Shown here in pieces: positions 41,742-52,783 of a DNA stretch of 64,000 nt. Where the stretch lies: positions 352,001 through 416,000 of the forward strand of contig CBDCVK010000010.1 in NCBI GenBank assembly GCA_965223005.1. The letters are read 5' to 3'. The notes under the pieces are model-generated. The model was not told the DNA's origin and ran no database searches. It saw only the letters and a program-made list of their open reading frames with translations. The DNA comes from Terriglobia bacterium (GTDB lineage Bacteria; Acidobacteriota; Terriglobia; JAJPHL01; JAPKYU01). Made by a program: the position numbers and the translations under genes. The first letter of the stretch is position 1, and each line of letters begins with the position of its first letter.

Positions 41742-43925
41742 ATGGTCGTCATTCTTTTCCTGCTGCTTCTTTTTGCAGGTTTCCTTCCGAGTGCCTCCTG
41801 GGGAAGCGACTGGCCCGACTGGCGCGGACCAGGGCGCGATGGGGTCTCCCTGGAAACATCGCTTCCCGCTCAGTGGTCACCCGCGGGCCAGAACCTGGCT
41901 TGGAAAGCGCCCTACGGCGGCCGCTCCGCACCAATCGTTCTGGGGGACCGGCTATTTTTGCAGAACTCAGTGGGCGAAGGCGAAATCCAGCAGGAGCGCG
42001 TCATGTGTTTCCATGCCGACACCGGAAAGCTGCTGTGGGAACATCGCTTCAATATTTTCTCCAGCGATGTGCCACCGCACCGGGTGGGATGGGCTTCGCC
42101 TGTCGCCGATCCTGCTTCGGGCAACGTCTATGCCCTCGGCGTGGGGGCGACGCTGCTGGCGCTCTCCCGAGACGGCCAGCTTCTCTGGGAGCGCTTTTTG
42201 TCGGAGAACTTTGGTCAAATCACCACCCACGGCGGACGCACCGTCTCGCCTGTCATTGAGGGAGATTTGGTGATCGTCAGCGGCGTCACCTCGGGCTGGG
42301 GAAAACAGGCGCGCGGACGCCACCGGTTCATAGCGTTTGACAAGAAGACCGGCGAAACGGTCTGGGTGAGCGCTCCGGGCGGGCGGCCCTATGACACCAC
42401 CTACTCGACTCCCATTTCCGCCGTGATCAAAGGGACTCGTTTGCTGATCGCCGGCGGCGGTGACGGCGCGGTCCACGCTCTGAAGCCGCAGACCGGCGAA
42501 CCCGTGTGGAAATTCGCCATGAGCAAGCGGGGCATCAACACCGGCGTCGTCCTCAAGGGTGCGACGGCGATTGTCAGTCACAGTGAGGAGAACCTGGCCT
42601 CCAGCGAGATGGGTCTGATTGCCGCCATTGACGCGTCCGCAACAGGAAATCTAGGAAAGCAGCATGTGAAGTGGGGAGTCCACGGTTTTCTCGCCGGCTT
42701 TTCGTCTCCTGTCGTCGACGACGGTCGCGTTTACCAGATCGACAACAGCGCCAATCTGTACGCTTTCGAGATCGCCTCGGGCAAGAAACTCTGGACTCTG
42801 AATCTTGGGACAATCCAGAGGGCCTCCCCAGTCTTGGCCGATGGCAAGCTGTATGTCGGCACCCAAAACGGCAGGTTCTATATTCTGCGGCCCGGCCCGG
42901 ACAGGTGCGAGATTCTCGACGCCGACCTGCTGGGAAACGAAGCGGCTCCCCAACCAATCATCGCCTCCGCTGCCATTTCTCGCGGTCGGGTGTACCTGGT
43001 CTCCAGCGAGGCGCTGTATTGCATAGGGAAGAAGTCCAACCAGGCTTCGCTGCGTTCCAGGATGCCCGAGGCGCCCGCCGGCCGCGGGCCGGTTGCCCAC
43101 GTACAGGTGGTGCCGACCGAAGTCGTGCTGCATCCCGAAGAAAGCGTCCGCTTTCGGGCCCGCCTGTTTGACCGGCACGGCCGCTTGATCCGGGAAGGGC
43201 AGGCCGCCTGGTCGCTCGAACAGCTTCGCGGTAAGATCCAGAACGACGGACGCTTCCTTGCCGCTTCTGATCCGGTTGCGCAGACGGGCCAGGTGAAGGC
43301 CACGGTGGAAGGACTTTCCGGAACCGCTCGGGTCCGGGTGATTCCACCTTTGCCGTGGGATGAGAATTTCCAATCTTTGGCTGTCGGTCGCCCACCTCGA
43401 CACTGGATGAGTGCCACCGGCAAGTTCGTCGTGCGCGAGGTGGATGGCAACAAGGTTCTGGTCAAGTTATCTGACAATCCCTTTCTCCGGCGCGCCCGGG
43501 TGTATATGGGGTCCTCCGGTTGGTCCAGTTACACGATTCAGGTAGATGTCCGGGCAACGGAGAAACGTCGCCAGATGGGAGATGCCGGAGTGGTCGCGCA
43601 GCGTTATTCCCTGGTGCTCTTCGGCAACCACCAGCGACTGGAGCTGCAATCCTGGCAGCCGGAAACGGCCCGCACGGTTTCTGCGGCGTTTCCGTGGAGC
43701 GGAGACGCTTGGTACCGTCTCAAGCTTCGAGTCGAGAACCTGCTAAACGGCAAGGTTCGGGCTCGGGGAAAAGCATGGCCGGCGCAGGAGGCCGAACCAG
43801 AGGCCTGGTCCGTTGAGCGAGTGGATCCCATTCCCAATCTGCAAGGGAGTCCAGGCCTTTACGCCAACGCGCCGTTTGAGATCTTTTTTGACAATCTCAA
43901 AGTCAGGCCGAACCGATTGCGATGA
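41742..43925 (+). CDS. Exported PQQ-like beta-propeller protein with Ig-like and C-terminal beta-sandwich domains
   Basis: Signal peptide, DWPDWRGP, repeated SPV/TG-x-x-x-W blades; C-terminal WYRLKLRV...GSPGLY...FDNLKV. Confidence 0.85.
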   Translation: MVVILFLLLLFAGFLPSASWGSDWPDWRGPGRDGVSLETSLPAQWSPAGQNLAWKAPYGGRSAPIVLGDRLFLQNSVGEGEIQQERVMCFHADTGKLLWEHRFNIFSSDVPPHRVGWASPVADPASGNVYALGVGATLLALSRDGQLLWERFLSENFGQITTHGGRTVSPVIEGDLVIVSGVTSGWGKQARGRHRFIAFDKKTGETVWVSAPGGRPYDTTYSTPISAVIKGTRLLIAGGGDGAVHALKPQTGEPVWKFAMSKRGINTGVVLKGATAIVSHSEENLASSEMGLIAAIDASATGNLGKQHVKWGVHGFLAGFSSPVVDDGRVYQIDNSANLYAFEIASGKKLWTLNLGTIQRASPVLADGKLYVGTQNGRFYILRPGPDRCEILDADLLGNEAAPQPIIASAAISRGRVYLVSSEALYCIGKKSNQASLRSRMPEAPAGRGPVAHVQVVPTEVVLHPEESVRFRARLFDRHGRLIREGQAAWSLEQLRGKIQNDGRFLAASDPVAQTGQVKATVEGLSGTARVRVIPPLPWDENFQSLAVGRPPRHWMSATGKFVVREVDGNKVLVKLSDNPFLRRARVYMGSSGWSSYTIQVDVRATEKRRQMGDAGVVAQRYSLVLFGNHQRLELQSWQPETARTVSAAFPWSGDAWYRLKLRVENLLNGKVRARGKAWPAQEAEPEAWSVERVDPIPNLQGSPGLYANAPFEIFFDNLKVRPNRLR

Positions 43926-43943
43926 GACAGCGATGAACCAATT

Positions 43944-45470
43944 ATGAAAGAGCCACGCTGCCGTACAGGATTGCTTTTTCTTGTCTTTATTCTCGCTTTT
44001 TACTCGGTAAGTCAATGGATGCCGGGGTGGGATTCGCTTGTCTCAGCTTCTGACCCGGGCGCCGGGGACTGGCCCATGTGGGGCGGAACCCCGGACCGAA
44101 ACATGGTTGCTAACGTGAAGGGGCTCCCTACGAGTTGGGATGTGGATTCCAAAAAGAACGTCAAGTGGGTGGCTGCGTTGGGTTCGCAAACCTACGGAAA
44201 CCCGGTGGTAGCCGCCGGCAAGGTGTTCGTGGGGACCAACAACGAGGGGTTGCGTGATCCCAAACAGTCGGGTGACCGTGGGGTGGTCATGGCGTTCCGC
44301 GCCTCCGATGGAGAATTTCTTTGGCAGGCAACCTCAAAGAAATTGGAGTCGGGGCGCGTTAACGACTGGCCTTATCAGGGTGTGGCGTCCTCTCCTCTAG
44401 TGGAAGGAGATCGTCTCTACTACGTCTCCAACCGCGCTGAGGTGGTTTGTCTCGACACCGAAGGCTTTCGCGATGGCGAAAATGACGGTCCGTTGCAAGA
44501 CGAAGAGTTCACCGGCGAAAAGGATGGCGACATTATTTGGAAATTCGACATGATGGAGGAAGTTGGCTCCTTCCCCCACAACCTGGCCAACTCTTCTCCC
44601 GTCCCGTTTGGTGATCTCATCTATCTGAGCACGTCCAACGGACAGGACGCGAGCCATGTAAATATTCCCTCGCCGCGCGCCCCGAGCATCATTGCGTTGA
44701 ACAAACGCACCGGCAAGCTTGTTTGGGAAGACAATTCAGTGGGCGACCGCATCTTGCACGGCCAGTGGTCCACGCCGGCCGTGGGCAACGTTGGAGGGGT
44801 AGATCAAGTGGTGATGGGCCAGGGGGACGGTTGGGTCCGTGGCTACGAGGTGCTGACGGGAAAGAAACTGTGGGAATTTGATATGAACCCCAAGGATTCC
44901 GTGTGGCCCAAGACCCGAAATTCAATTATCAGCACGCCGGTCATCTACGACAATCGTGTCTATCTCGCCAATGGCCAGGACCCCGAACATGGCGAGGGCG
45001 TCGGACACCTATACTGCATTGACGCCACCAAGCGCGGCGACATCACCGAGACCGGCCGGGTTTGGCACTACGAGAAAATCCGCAGATCCATCTCGACCGC
45101 GGCGATCCGTGACGGCCTGATCTATTATCCGGACTTCAGCGGGTTCCTTCACTGTCTGGATGCCCGAACGGGTGAGCCCTATTGGGTTCACGACACCCTG
45201 GCGGCGGTCTGGGGATCACCGTTGGTCGCCGATGGAAAGCTGTATCTGGGAGATGAAGACGGCGACGTAGTGGTTTTGCGACCTGGGAAGGAGCTCAAGG
45301 TGCTGGCCGAGATAAATCTGGGCAGCTCGGTGTACTCTACCGCTGTTCCCGCCAACGGCGCGTTGTTTATCGCCAGCCGAAGTCAACTCTTCGCCCTTGC
45401 GGAAACCAGCTCGCCTCGTGTCAGCGCAAACTTGACAGGATGGTTCGTGAGAAATTTCCTGTCCTGGTGA
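43944..45470 (+). CDS. Exported PQQ-like beta-propeller protein
   Basis: DWPMWGGTPDRN, multiple SSP-V and TGK-x-x-W blades. Confidence 0.85.
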   Translation: MKEPRCRTGLLFLVFILAFYSVSQWMPGWDSLVSASDPGAGDWPMWGGTPDRNMVANVKGLPTSWDVDSKKNVKWVAALGSQTYGNPVVAAGKVFVGTNNEGLRDPKQSGDRGVVMAFRASDGEFLWQATSKKLESGRVNDWPYQGVASSPLVEGDRLYYVSNRAEVVCLDTEGFRDGENDGPLQDEEFTGEKDGDIIWKFDMMEEVGSFPHNLANSSPVPFGDLIYLSTSNGQDASHVNIPSPRAPSIIALNKRTGKLVWEDNSVGDRILHGQWSTPAVGNVGGVDQVVMGQGDGWVRGYEVLTGKKLWEFDMNPKDSVWPKTRNSIISTPVIYDNRVYLANGQDPEHGEGVGHLYCIDATKRGDITETGRVWHYEKIRRSISTAAIRDGLIYYPDFSGFLHCLDARTGEPYWVHDTLAAVWGSPLVADGKLYLGDEDGDVVVLRPGKELKVLAEINLGSSVYSTAVPANGALFIASRSQLFALAETSSPRVSANLTGWFVRNFLSW

Positions 45471-45488
45471 ACCCTGGAGATCTACTAG

Positions 45489-46625
45489 GTGCGGAATTCT
45501 CTGATCATCCTGCTGGTTCTCACGTTCGTCTTGACGCTGGCGAACCGGGAGGAGCTGGATTCAGCCCCTGCAGGAAACCGCGCTGGGAACAAGGATTGGC
45601 CCCAATTTCGCGGAAATCATGAATTGACCGGGGTCCCTGGCTCCGCGCTTCCAGAGACCCTGAATCTTTTGTGGAGCCACGAAGCCGGTGGTTCCATCGA
45701 GTCTTCGGCAGCAATCGCGGACGGAGTGGTTTTTGTAGGCGCCCACTCCGGAGAACTGATTGCTCTGGATCTGCGGAATGGCAAGGTACGGTGGAAATAT
45801 GACGCGGGCGGGCCCATCGGCGAATCCTCTGCTTGTGTGCGCAATGGCTTGGTTACTGTGGGAGACCTTTCTGGAACTCTCCACGCAGTCAGTGCGAAGG
45901 ATGGCAGCCGGGTATGGACGTTTGAGACGAACGGTGAGATCAAATCGTCGCCAGTGATCATTGACGGGAAGGTCCTGGTGGGCTCCTATGATGAGCATCT
46001 TTACTGTGTTTCCGCCCGGACCGGAAAGCTGATCTGGAAGTTAAGAACGAATGGACCGGTGCATTGCACTCCGGCAGTGTCGGGCGGCCTGACCTTTGTC
46101 TCCGGATGCGATGAGGTGTTTCGCGGGGTGCGCATTGCCGACGGCAAGGAAATCTTTCAAGTCCCCTCCGGCGGATACACGGGGGCCTCGCCCGCCCTGA
46201 TGGCGCAGACCGCATTTTTTGGCACCTTTGGGAACGAAGTGCTGGCCGTCAACCTCGGCCAGCGGCGCATCGCCTGGCGGTATCAGCATCAGCAGCGACA
46301 GTTCCCGTTTTACTCCTCGGCCGCAGTGGCGGGGGACAGGGTAGTCGTCGGCGGCCGCGACAAAATGGTGCATTGCCTCAACGCAAAGACGGGAAAAGCG
46401 ATCTGGACGTTCGCCACTCGAGGGCGGGTCGAGTCTTCGCCGGCCATCGCTGGAGAGCGGGTGTATGTGGGTTCGAACGACGGGCGCTTGTATGTGCTGG
46501 ATCTGAAAACCGGGGCGAAACTGTGGGAGTTCCACGCCGGGGCGCCACTATCGGCCTCGCCGGCCATCAGCTCGGGTCGGCTAGTGATTGGCTCCCAGGA
46601 CGGCATGCTTTACTGTTTTGGCTGA
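45489..46625 (+). CDS. Exported PQQ-like (BamB-like) beta-propeller protein
   Basis: DWPQFRGN; regular SSPAI...VYVGS-x-DG-x-LY...TG-x-x-x-W repeats. Confidence 0.88.
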   Translation: MRNSLIILLVLTFVLTLANREELDSAPAGNRAGNKDWPQFRGNHELTGVPGSALPETLNLLWSHEAGGSIESSAAIADGVVFVGAHSGELIALDLRNGKVRWKYDAGGPIGESSACVRNGLVTVGDLSGTLHAVSAKDGSRVWTFETNGEIKSSPVIIDGKVLVGSYDEHLYCVSARTGKLIWKLRTNGPVHCTPAVSGGLTFVSGCDEVFRGVRIADGKEIFQVPSGGYTGASPALMAQTAFFGTFGNEVLAVNLGQRRIAWRYQHQQRQFPFYSSAAVAGDRVVVGGRDKMVHCLNAKTGKAIWTFATRGRVESSPAIAGERVYVGSNDGRLYVLDLKTGAKLWEFHAGAPLSASPAISSGRLVIGSQDGMLYCFG

Positions 46626-46649
46626 AGCCGCATGGACCCAAGGCAAGCC

Positions 46650-48008
46650 TCATTCGGGCAGCTGCTCCTGTTTAGGCTCCGGGAGCCAGAAGCTGGCGAT
46701 AAATCCAACCAAATACACCAGGAAGGCGACGGCCGCGGCGGCGTTGGCCAGTCGAGTGTAAGGCGTAAGCCCCGGCATCACATTGGCCAATTGGGTCGTG
46801 AGCAGAGCGGCTGATGTGCCAAACATCCGTCCGCCGACGTTGGCAGCAAAACTTTCCCCAGTGCCACGCAAATGAGTCGGATAGACCCGCGGTAAATAGT
46901 TTCCCCAAAAGCTGAACTGCGCCACCGTGAACAGTCCTGCCAGAAAAATGCCCCACTTCAGCAACTCCAGACTGCTCTTGGCCGGAAACAAGAACACCAG
47001 CGGAATCACCAGGAGGCCGGGAACCTGAAATATCCGCAGGAGCCTGCGGCGGGCGAGGATCCGGATGGCCAGAAACGCCAGGAAAAGGCGGCCGGAAAGC
47101 CCGCCCATTTCCTGAAACAACTGGACGGCGCTGACCGTCTGTTGCTGCTGCGTGCGGGACAGGTCGTGGACCTGCGGCAGCCCGGGGACCATTCGCGGCA
47201 CGTGCTGAATCGCGCCGAAGGCCGCTCCGTAGCTGCAGGCGACCATCAGCGCGGTCACGAGGGTGGTTTTTCGAAACGCGGGTTGGAAAAGTTCACCCAA
47301 GCTGGGACGCTTCAGCTCCCCTCTGGATTTCTTTTGTTGCCAGAGGGGCGATTCCGGCAGGAAGGGCCGGATGATGATGAGCGGAATGGCAGGAATCACT
47401 CCCGACATCAACGTATATCGCCAGGCTTCGTGACCTCCCCGGATCGATGGCAGATCGTTTGCGTACGTTACGGCCAGGTAATAAGCGCCGGTGACCATGA
47501 GGCCGCCCAATGAGGAGAACGCCTGGGTATAGCCCAGCACGGATTCGCGTTGTCTTGGGTTGGGAAACAGTTCGGCCAGCCATGCGACAGCGGCGACGAA
47601 CTCAACACATACACCGATAAAAGTTGTGCACCGAAAGAACAGCAGTGCAGGAAGCGATGTGGCGAAGCCCGACGCGAAAGCGGAAAAAGCATAGAGCAGG
47701 ATGCTCCAAACCAAAATCCGCCGGCGGCCGAAGAGGTCTGTCAAATACCCGCCCAGCAGGCCGAAGATGCCCCCGGCCACAGCCGGGACGTAAAACAGCA
47801 ATCCAACCCAATAGTTGAATTCGGCCGTTCCCGGCTGTGCCTGAACCAGTGCCATCAGGGCCGGCCGGACGATGAGGGGAAGCATCAGCAGTTCGTAAAT
47901 ATCAAAGGCGAAACCGAGACAAGCTACTCCGCAGATCATCCATTGGGTTCCGGTCAACGGGGAAGAGCTGTGGAACGGAGTTTTCTCTGTTCGGTGGTCT
48001 GGCGACAT
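46650..48008 (-). CDS. MFS transporter
   Basis: About 12 TM segments, GYLTDLFGRR (motif A), LPES, YPTHLRGTG. ATG 48008 lies 8 nt after TAGAAT. Confidence 0.92.
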   Translation of the reverse strand: MSPDHRTEKTPFHSSSPLTGTQWMICGVACLGFAFDIYELLMLPLIVRPALMALVQAQPGTAEFNYWVGLLFYVPAVAGGIFGLLGGYLTDLFGRRRILVWSILLYAFSAFASGFATSLPALLFFRCTTFIGVCVEFVAAVAWLAELFPNPRQRESVLGYTQAFSSLGGLMVTGAYYLAVTYANDLPSIRGGHEAWRYTLMSGVIPAIPLIIIRPFLPESPLWQQKKSRGELKRPSLGELFQPAFRKTTLVTALMVACSYGAAFGAIQHVPRMVPGLPQVHDLSRTQQQQTVSAVQLFQEMGGLSGRLFLAFLAIRILARRRLLRIFQVPGLLVIPLVFLFPAKSSLELLKWGIFLAGLFTVAQFSFWGNYLPRVYPTHLRGTGESFAANVGGRMFGTSAALLTTQLANVMPGLTPYTRLANAAAAVAFLVYLVGFIASFWLPEPKQEQLPE

Positions 48009-48151
48009 ACTGACGAATTCTACTGTATCCCAAGTTAGGGACACGACAGAAAGCTTCGTTGTGCTCTTAGGGACGAGCGACCGCGGATTGTTCCGTTGCA
48101 GCGTCCATGAGCGATTGGTAAGATTCCTTGCATGACCAGCGGAGAACTCTA

Positions 48152-51100
48152 ATGGGTCCAGAGAGGGCCACACGATTTGCCTCCTCCCGAGTCTTGCGTT
48201 GGGTGCAGAGCGCCCGGCCGAGAGTGGTCCTGATCGCCTGCCTAGTCCTAGTCTCGGTTCGACTTCTGGGAGCACAAACCACTGGCACAATCGTAGGCGC
48301 GGTCCGGGACAAGACGGGCGGTGTCCTGCCGGCGGTGCGGTTGACAGCGCGGCATGTGGACACAGGCCTGACCCGCTCGACGGTCAGTCAAGCGGACGGA
48401 AGCTTTGTGTTTGCGGCAATGCCCGTCGGAGGCTATGAAATACGTGGCGAGCTGTCCGGGTTTCGGCGGTTAGTTCACAAAGGAGTGCATCTGACGGTAG
48501 GGGAGACCGCGGGGGTGAACCTGATCATGCAGATAGGGAGACTCGATCAGGAGATCACCGTGGTTGCCGAAACCTCATTGGTGAATACCCGATCTGCCGA
48601 GCTGAGCTATCTGGTCAGCGAAAACGCCATCCGAGAACTGCCGTTAAATGGAAGAAATTATACCGATCTGGCCTTACTTCAGCCAGGTGTGGTTGCTTTC
48701 CCTCATCGCGCGGGAGGCTCGATTGTTGCTCACGGTTTGGCTACCAGCATTAATGGGCGGGATCCGAGGTCCAATGTCTACCTGCTGGACGGTACGCCAC
48801 AGAATGATTTTACCAACGGGCCGGCTGGCAGCGCAGCAGGTACTGCTCTTGGGGTAGAAACCATTCGGGAATTTCGCGTTGAAGCCAACTCGTACAGCGC
48901 TGAGTTCGGTCGAAATTCCGGAGGCCAAATCAACGCCCTCACCAAATCGGGGACCAATGAGTTTCACGGGAGCCTCTACCACTTTCACCGCAACGATAAC
49001 CTGGACACAAGGAATTTCCGCGACATTTCGAAACCTGAACTCAAGCGGAATCAGTTCGGGGTGAGTCTGGGCGGTCCGCTAAGCAAAGACGGGATGTTTT
49101 TCTTCTTTGGCTACGAGGGCTTGAGGGAACGCAAGGGCCGTACCACTACTGCAATCGTTCCTGACGAGGAAGCGCACCTTGGGATCATCGATGGAGAAAA
49201 TATCGGCGTTAATGGTGCCGTCAGGCCCTATCTGGACGAGTTTCCATTGCCCAACGGAGAGAACCTGCCTGGTGGTCTTGCAGTTCATCGATTCGGTTTC
49301 AACGAACAAATCGGTCAGGATTTCCTGCAGGTGCGAGTCGATCGCAACATAGAGGCAACCGATAAATTCTTTGTCCGGTACACCTACGACGACGCCGACC
49401 AGCAGCTTCCTACAGACCTTCCCCAATTCCCCCGTGCCTTTTTATCGCGCAATCAGTTCGTGACTGCGGAGTATCAAAAGATTCTTTCACCGACAACTGT
49501 GAATACCTTTCGGGGAAGCTTTAGCCGAACTCGCATTGGGCAGGACGTCGAGGCAAATGTCCCGGCGTCGTTACAGCCCTTTGTGCCCGGGCAGGATAAA
49601 GTCGGAGAGATCAGGATCGGGGGCGTGTCGAGGTTTGGACCGCAAACTTCGGTCAATGTGTCGCTGGTTCAAAATGTGTTTGGCTTTGAATACGGTCTGA
49701 TCCACAGCCGCGGCCGGCATTTATTGAAGCTGGGTGCGCTGGCCGAACGCTATCAGGACAACATGTTCAATCCCACCTTTTCCCTGGGCATTTTCAGATT
49801 TGCTAATGTCCGGACTTTCCTGAATAACCAGCCTGCACTCTTCTTGGGGCTGGCACCCGGCGGTGCCTTGGACCGATATTGGCGTTTTACGCTATTCGGT
49901 TTTTATGCGCAAGATGACATAAGAGTCGCTCGGCGGCTGACGCTCAATCTTGGCCTTCGATATGAGTTCGCCACGCTGCCGCGCGATATCCAGGGGCGCG
50001 ACTCCACGTTGCTCCAGTTAAGCGACACCTCTCCCACAGCTGGACAGCTCTACCAAAACCCTACGTTGAGGAACCTATCGCCTCGTGTCGGATTCGCATG
50101 GGATATGTTTGGGGATGGCAAAACCTCACTGCGAAGCGGCTATGGAATGTTCTTCAACACAAATAACCAGCAGAATCTCATCATCACGGTCACGAATCCG
50201 CCAGCGACCCGACGAGTTGTTATCCCTGCACCTCTCAGACCCACATTCCCCATGCCTTCCTTTGATCGTGCGGGGGCTGACTCGATTCGTCCAATCGAAT
50301 GGGAACTCCGGAATCCGAACGTACATGTGTGGAACTTGAGCCTGCAGCGGCAGCTCGGCGAGAATACGGCCCTGACGGTCGGATATACGAGTTCCCGCGG
50401 AGTTCATCTTCTGCGGAGCGGCGATGTAAATATTGCGACTCCCGAGAGACTCGGTGACGGAACATTGTTTTTTCCGATTGGAGGACGAAGGCCCAACCCT
50501 GCCTTCTCCACGATAGAGTTGAAGCGAAGCGACGGTAATTCCTGGTATAACGCGATGATTGTAGAGGTGCGGCGGCGCTGGAGCAAGAAGTTAAGTTTTC
50601 AGTCCTCGTACACGTTCTCGCGCAACATTGACACCACGCAGGCCTCCACTTTCTTTTCGGATGCGACCAACGGAACGACCTCGGCGTTTCCTGAATTTCC
50701 AGGGCTGAATTACAACAAGGGTCTGGCGGATTTTCACGCCAAGCACAACTGGGTCACGAATTTCATCTGGAATCTTCCGTCCCCGCAGCTGGGCGGTGTA
50801 GGTCGGCTCCTGGATGAGTGGGAGCTGGCGGGAATCGTCCACATGCGCAGCGGGAACCCCCTGACTGTATTTGTTCAAGCGAACCGTTCCCGCTCGCTCT
50901 GGTCACCTTCGCTGGCACCGGGGTTGGGGTTTGACCGTCCGAGCATGGCGCCAGGGCGTACGCATGAAGATGCGGTCCTCGGCCACCCGGACGGCTATTT
51001 GGACCCCACGGCCTTTGTTCTCCAACCAGCCGGGACACTGGGCAACCTGGGCCGTGGCGCCCTGATCGGTCCGAACCTGCGTACCTTCGACCTGGCGCTG

Positions 51101-51319
51101 GTGAAGAACGTGCGGTGGACCAGGCTGGGTGAGAGCGGCAGAGTCCAGTTCCGGGCTGAGTTTTTCAATCTCTTGAACCGCGCTAACTTTGATACTCCCA
51201 GTTTGGTAGCTTTTTCTGGTGTAGGAGAAGGTGAAGATCCACTGGGCTCGTTCGGGATCATACGTGACACGGTTACGGATTCCCGACAGATTCAATTGGG
51301 ACTGCGCATTTCCTTCTAA
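48152..51319 (+). CDS. TonB-dependent receptor (Oar-like, N-terminal carboxypeptidase-regulatory-like domain)
   Basis: LPLNGRNY, SAEFGRNSGG, TKSGTNEFHGS, RNQFG, RQIQLGLRISF. Confidence 0.92.
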   Translation: MGPERATRFASSRVLRWVQSARPRVVLIACLVLVSVRLLGAQTTGTIVGAVRDKTGGVLPAVRLTARHVDTGLTRSTVSQADGSFVFAAMPVGGYEIRGELSGFRRLVHKGVHLTVGETAGVNLIMQIGRLDQEITVVAETSLVNTRSAELSYLVSENAIRELPLNGRNYTDLALLQPGVVAFPHRAGGSIVAHGLATSINGRDPRSNVYLLDGTPQNDFTNGPAGSAAGTALGVETIREFRVEANSYSAEFGRNSGGQINALTKSGTNEFHGSLYHFHRNDNLDTRNFRDISKPELKRNQFGVSLGGPLSKDGMFFFFGYEGLRERKGRTTTAIVPDEEAHLGIIDGENIGVNGAVRPYLDEFPLPNGENLPGGLAVHRFGFNEQIGQDFLQVRVDRNIEATDKFFVRYTYDDADQQLPTDLPQFPRAFLSRNQFVTAEYQKILSPTTVNTFRGSFSRTRIGQDVEANVPASLQPFVPGQDKVGEIRIGGVSRFGPQTSVNVSLVQNVFGFEYGLIHSRGRHLLKLGALAERYQDNMFNPTFSLGIFRFANVRTFLNNQPALFLGLAPGGALDRYWRFTLFGFYAQDDIRVARRLTLNLGLRYEFATLPRDIQGRDSTLLQLSDTSPTAGQLYQNPTLRNLSPRVGFAWDMFGDGKTSLRSGYGMFFNTNNQQNLIITVTNPPATRRVVIPAPLRPTFPMPSFDRAGADSIRPIEWELRNPNVHVWNLSLQRQLGENTALTVGYTSSRGVHLLRSGDVNIATPERLGDGTLFFPIGGRRPNPAFSTIELKRSDGNSWYNAMIVEVRRRWSKKLSFQSSYTFSRNIDTTQASTFFSDATNGTTSAFPEFPGLNYNKGLADFHAKHNWVTNFIWNLPSPQLGGVGRLLDEWELAGIVHMRSGNPLTVFVQANRSRSLWSPSLAPGLGFDRPSMAPGRTHEDAVLGHPDGYLDPTAFVLQPAGTLGNLGRGALIGPNLRTFDLALVKNVRWTRLGESGRVQFRAEFFNLLNRANFDTPSLVAFSGVGEGEDPLGSFGIIRDTVTDSRQIQLGLRISF

Positions 51320-51373
51320 GCCCCAGCGGAAGGGTGCGGATTGACCTGGGTGGCCCTAGCGACTCCCTAGCGA

Positions 51374-52783
51374 CTAAGGAGCAGCGCTGCCAGAGGCGCG
51401 TCTGCCAACGCAGTAGAGATACTGGGCGGTGCGGAGGAGAATCTGGCCGTCCGAGATTGCCGGGGAACTCAGACAATACTCGTTGAAGTGGTTTTCTGCG
51501 AGAACTGCAAATTGGCGACCTGCCCGGACCACAGTAGTTAGCCCATCTTCGTTCGTCGCATAAATCTTTCCATCACCGAGTACGGGAGAGGAGCTATAGG
51601 TTCCCGGTTGGATGCGCTCCGGCCCCCACATTTTTCGGCCGGTCTTGGCATCCAGGCACCACATCAATCCGCGATCATTAACGATGTAGAAGTACTTGCC
51701 GTCGGTGATCGGAGTCGGCACATCCGGCCCCTTTTCGAAGGACCAGATTCGGTGCGAGTTGGTAATATCGCCGCGCCCACCGGCCCGAAAGGCGAGCAAA
51801 GGACGCACGCGGGTCGGCACGTAGACAATGCCCTCGGCTACGACCGGAGAAGCGACGATGCGGTACCATGGCTCGTTGTCCGGATTCAGGCCGTTGCCCC
51901 GCCATAGCTCCTTTCCAGTGGCCGGGTCGTGCCCGGTGACGCAATCGCCGCCGGAGACCACAATTTCCGTCTGATTGCCGTAGCGCAGAGGGGTCGGCGT
52001 CGAGTAGGAATCTGGGGATTCTCGAATCGCCTGCGTGGGGCGCTCCACTCTCCATATTGTCTTTCCGGTCTTTCTATCGATACGAAGCACGTAGGAAGGA
52101 TCGTCGGTCTTCATTCCGTGCAGGACCTGGATGTAAAGAGAATCCCCAAACAAGAGTGGCGAGGAGGCATACCCATGCGCCAGGCCGAAGCGGCCGTAAT
52201 CCTTCTGGATATCGCGCGCCCACAGTTGGTTGCCCGCAAAAGTAAACGCCTTGAGAATCCCGGTTCCGTTCATGACATACACGTTCTTTCCATCGGTGAC
52301 CGGGGATGGAGACGACATATTCTGCTTCCGCGTCTTGACGTTGCCGCCTCCCAGGTGTCTTTTCCAGATGGGCGCGCCCTTTCTTCTGTCCACACACCAC
52401 AGATAGAGATCGCTTCCATCTGCTACGTTGAGGAAGACGTGGTCACCCCAAATAATCGGAGTGGAGGCGCTCCAACTGGGCATCGCAAGCTTCCACGCTA
52501 TGTTTTTCTCGGTACTCCAGCGGACGGGTAGGTTCTTCTCCCCGCTCACTCCATTTAGATGCGGGCCCCGCCATTGCGGCCAATTCTCGGCGAGGACGAC
52601 GGTCGAAAAACCAAACAGGAGCAGGAAAAAAAGACTCCTATTGCGCAGTCGTTTTCTTGTGGCGGGAAATTGTCTTCCTTTTCGGCTAAACGGCTCCATA
52701 AGGCCAAGCATAAAGGCCAAGCATACTTGTGCTGCCTGAGGAAAAACAAGAACTCCCAATTCGTCTCTGGGCAGGCTACTCAC
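51374..52783 (-). CDS. Exported PQQ-like beta-propeller protein
   Basis: ENWPQWRGP after a signal-like stretch, and SSP blades. Start uncertain (GTG overlapping the permease stop, or later). Confidence 0.85.
   Translation of the reverse strand: MSSLPRDELGVLVFPQAAQVCLAFMLGLMEPFSRKGRQFPATRKRLRNRSLFFLLLFGFSTVVLAENWPQWRGPHLNGVSGEKNLPVRWSTEKNIAWKLAMPSWSASTPIIWGDHVFLNVADGSDLYLWCVDRRKGAPIWKRHLGGGNVKTRKQNMSSPSPVTDGKNVYVMNGTGILKAFTFAGNQLWARDIQKDYGRFGLAHGYASSPLLFGDSLYIQVLHGMKTDDPSYVLRIDRKTGKTIWRVERPTQAIRESPDSYSTPTPLRYGNQTEIVVSGGDCVTGHDPATGKELWRGNGLNPDNEPWYRIVASPVVAEGIVYVPTRVRPLLAFRAGGRGDITNSHRIWSFEKGPDVPTPITDGKYFYIVNDRGLMWCLDAKTGRKMWGPERIQPGTYSSSPVLGDGKIYATNEDGLTTVVRAGRQFAVLAENHFNEYCLSSPAISDGQILLRTAQYLYCVGRRASGSAAP

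Noticed and set aside
41742-46625. Calling the propellers BamB, PQQ dehydrogenases or Ser/Thr kinases
   Set aside because: No lipobox, no bam or pqq context, no vicinal Cys-Cys and no kinase motifs; only the fold is supported.
51353-51377. Short direct repeat ccctagcgact x2 (and cctgctc x3 near 30087-30116)
   Set aside because: Too short and isolated to assign a function.
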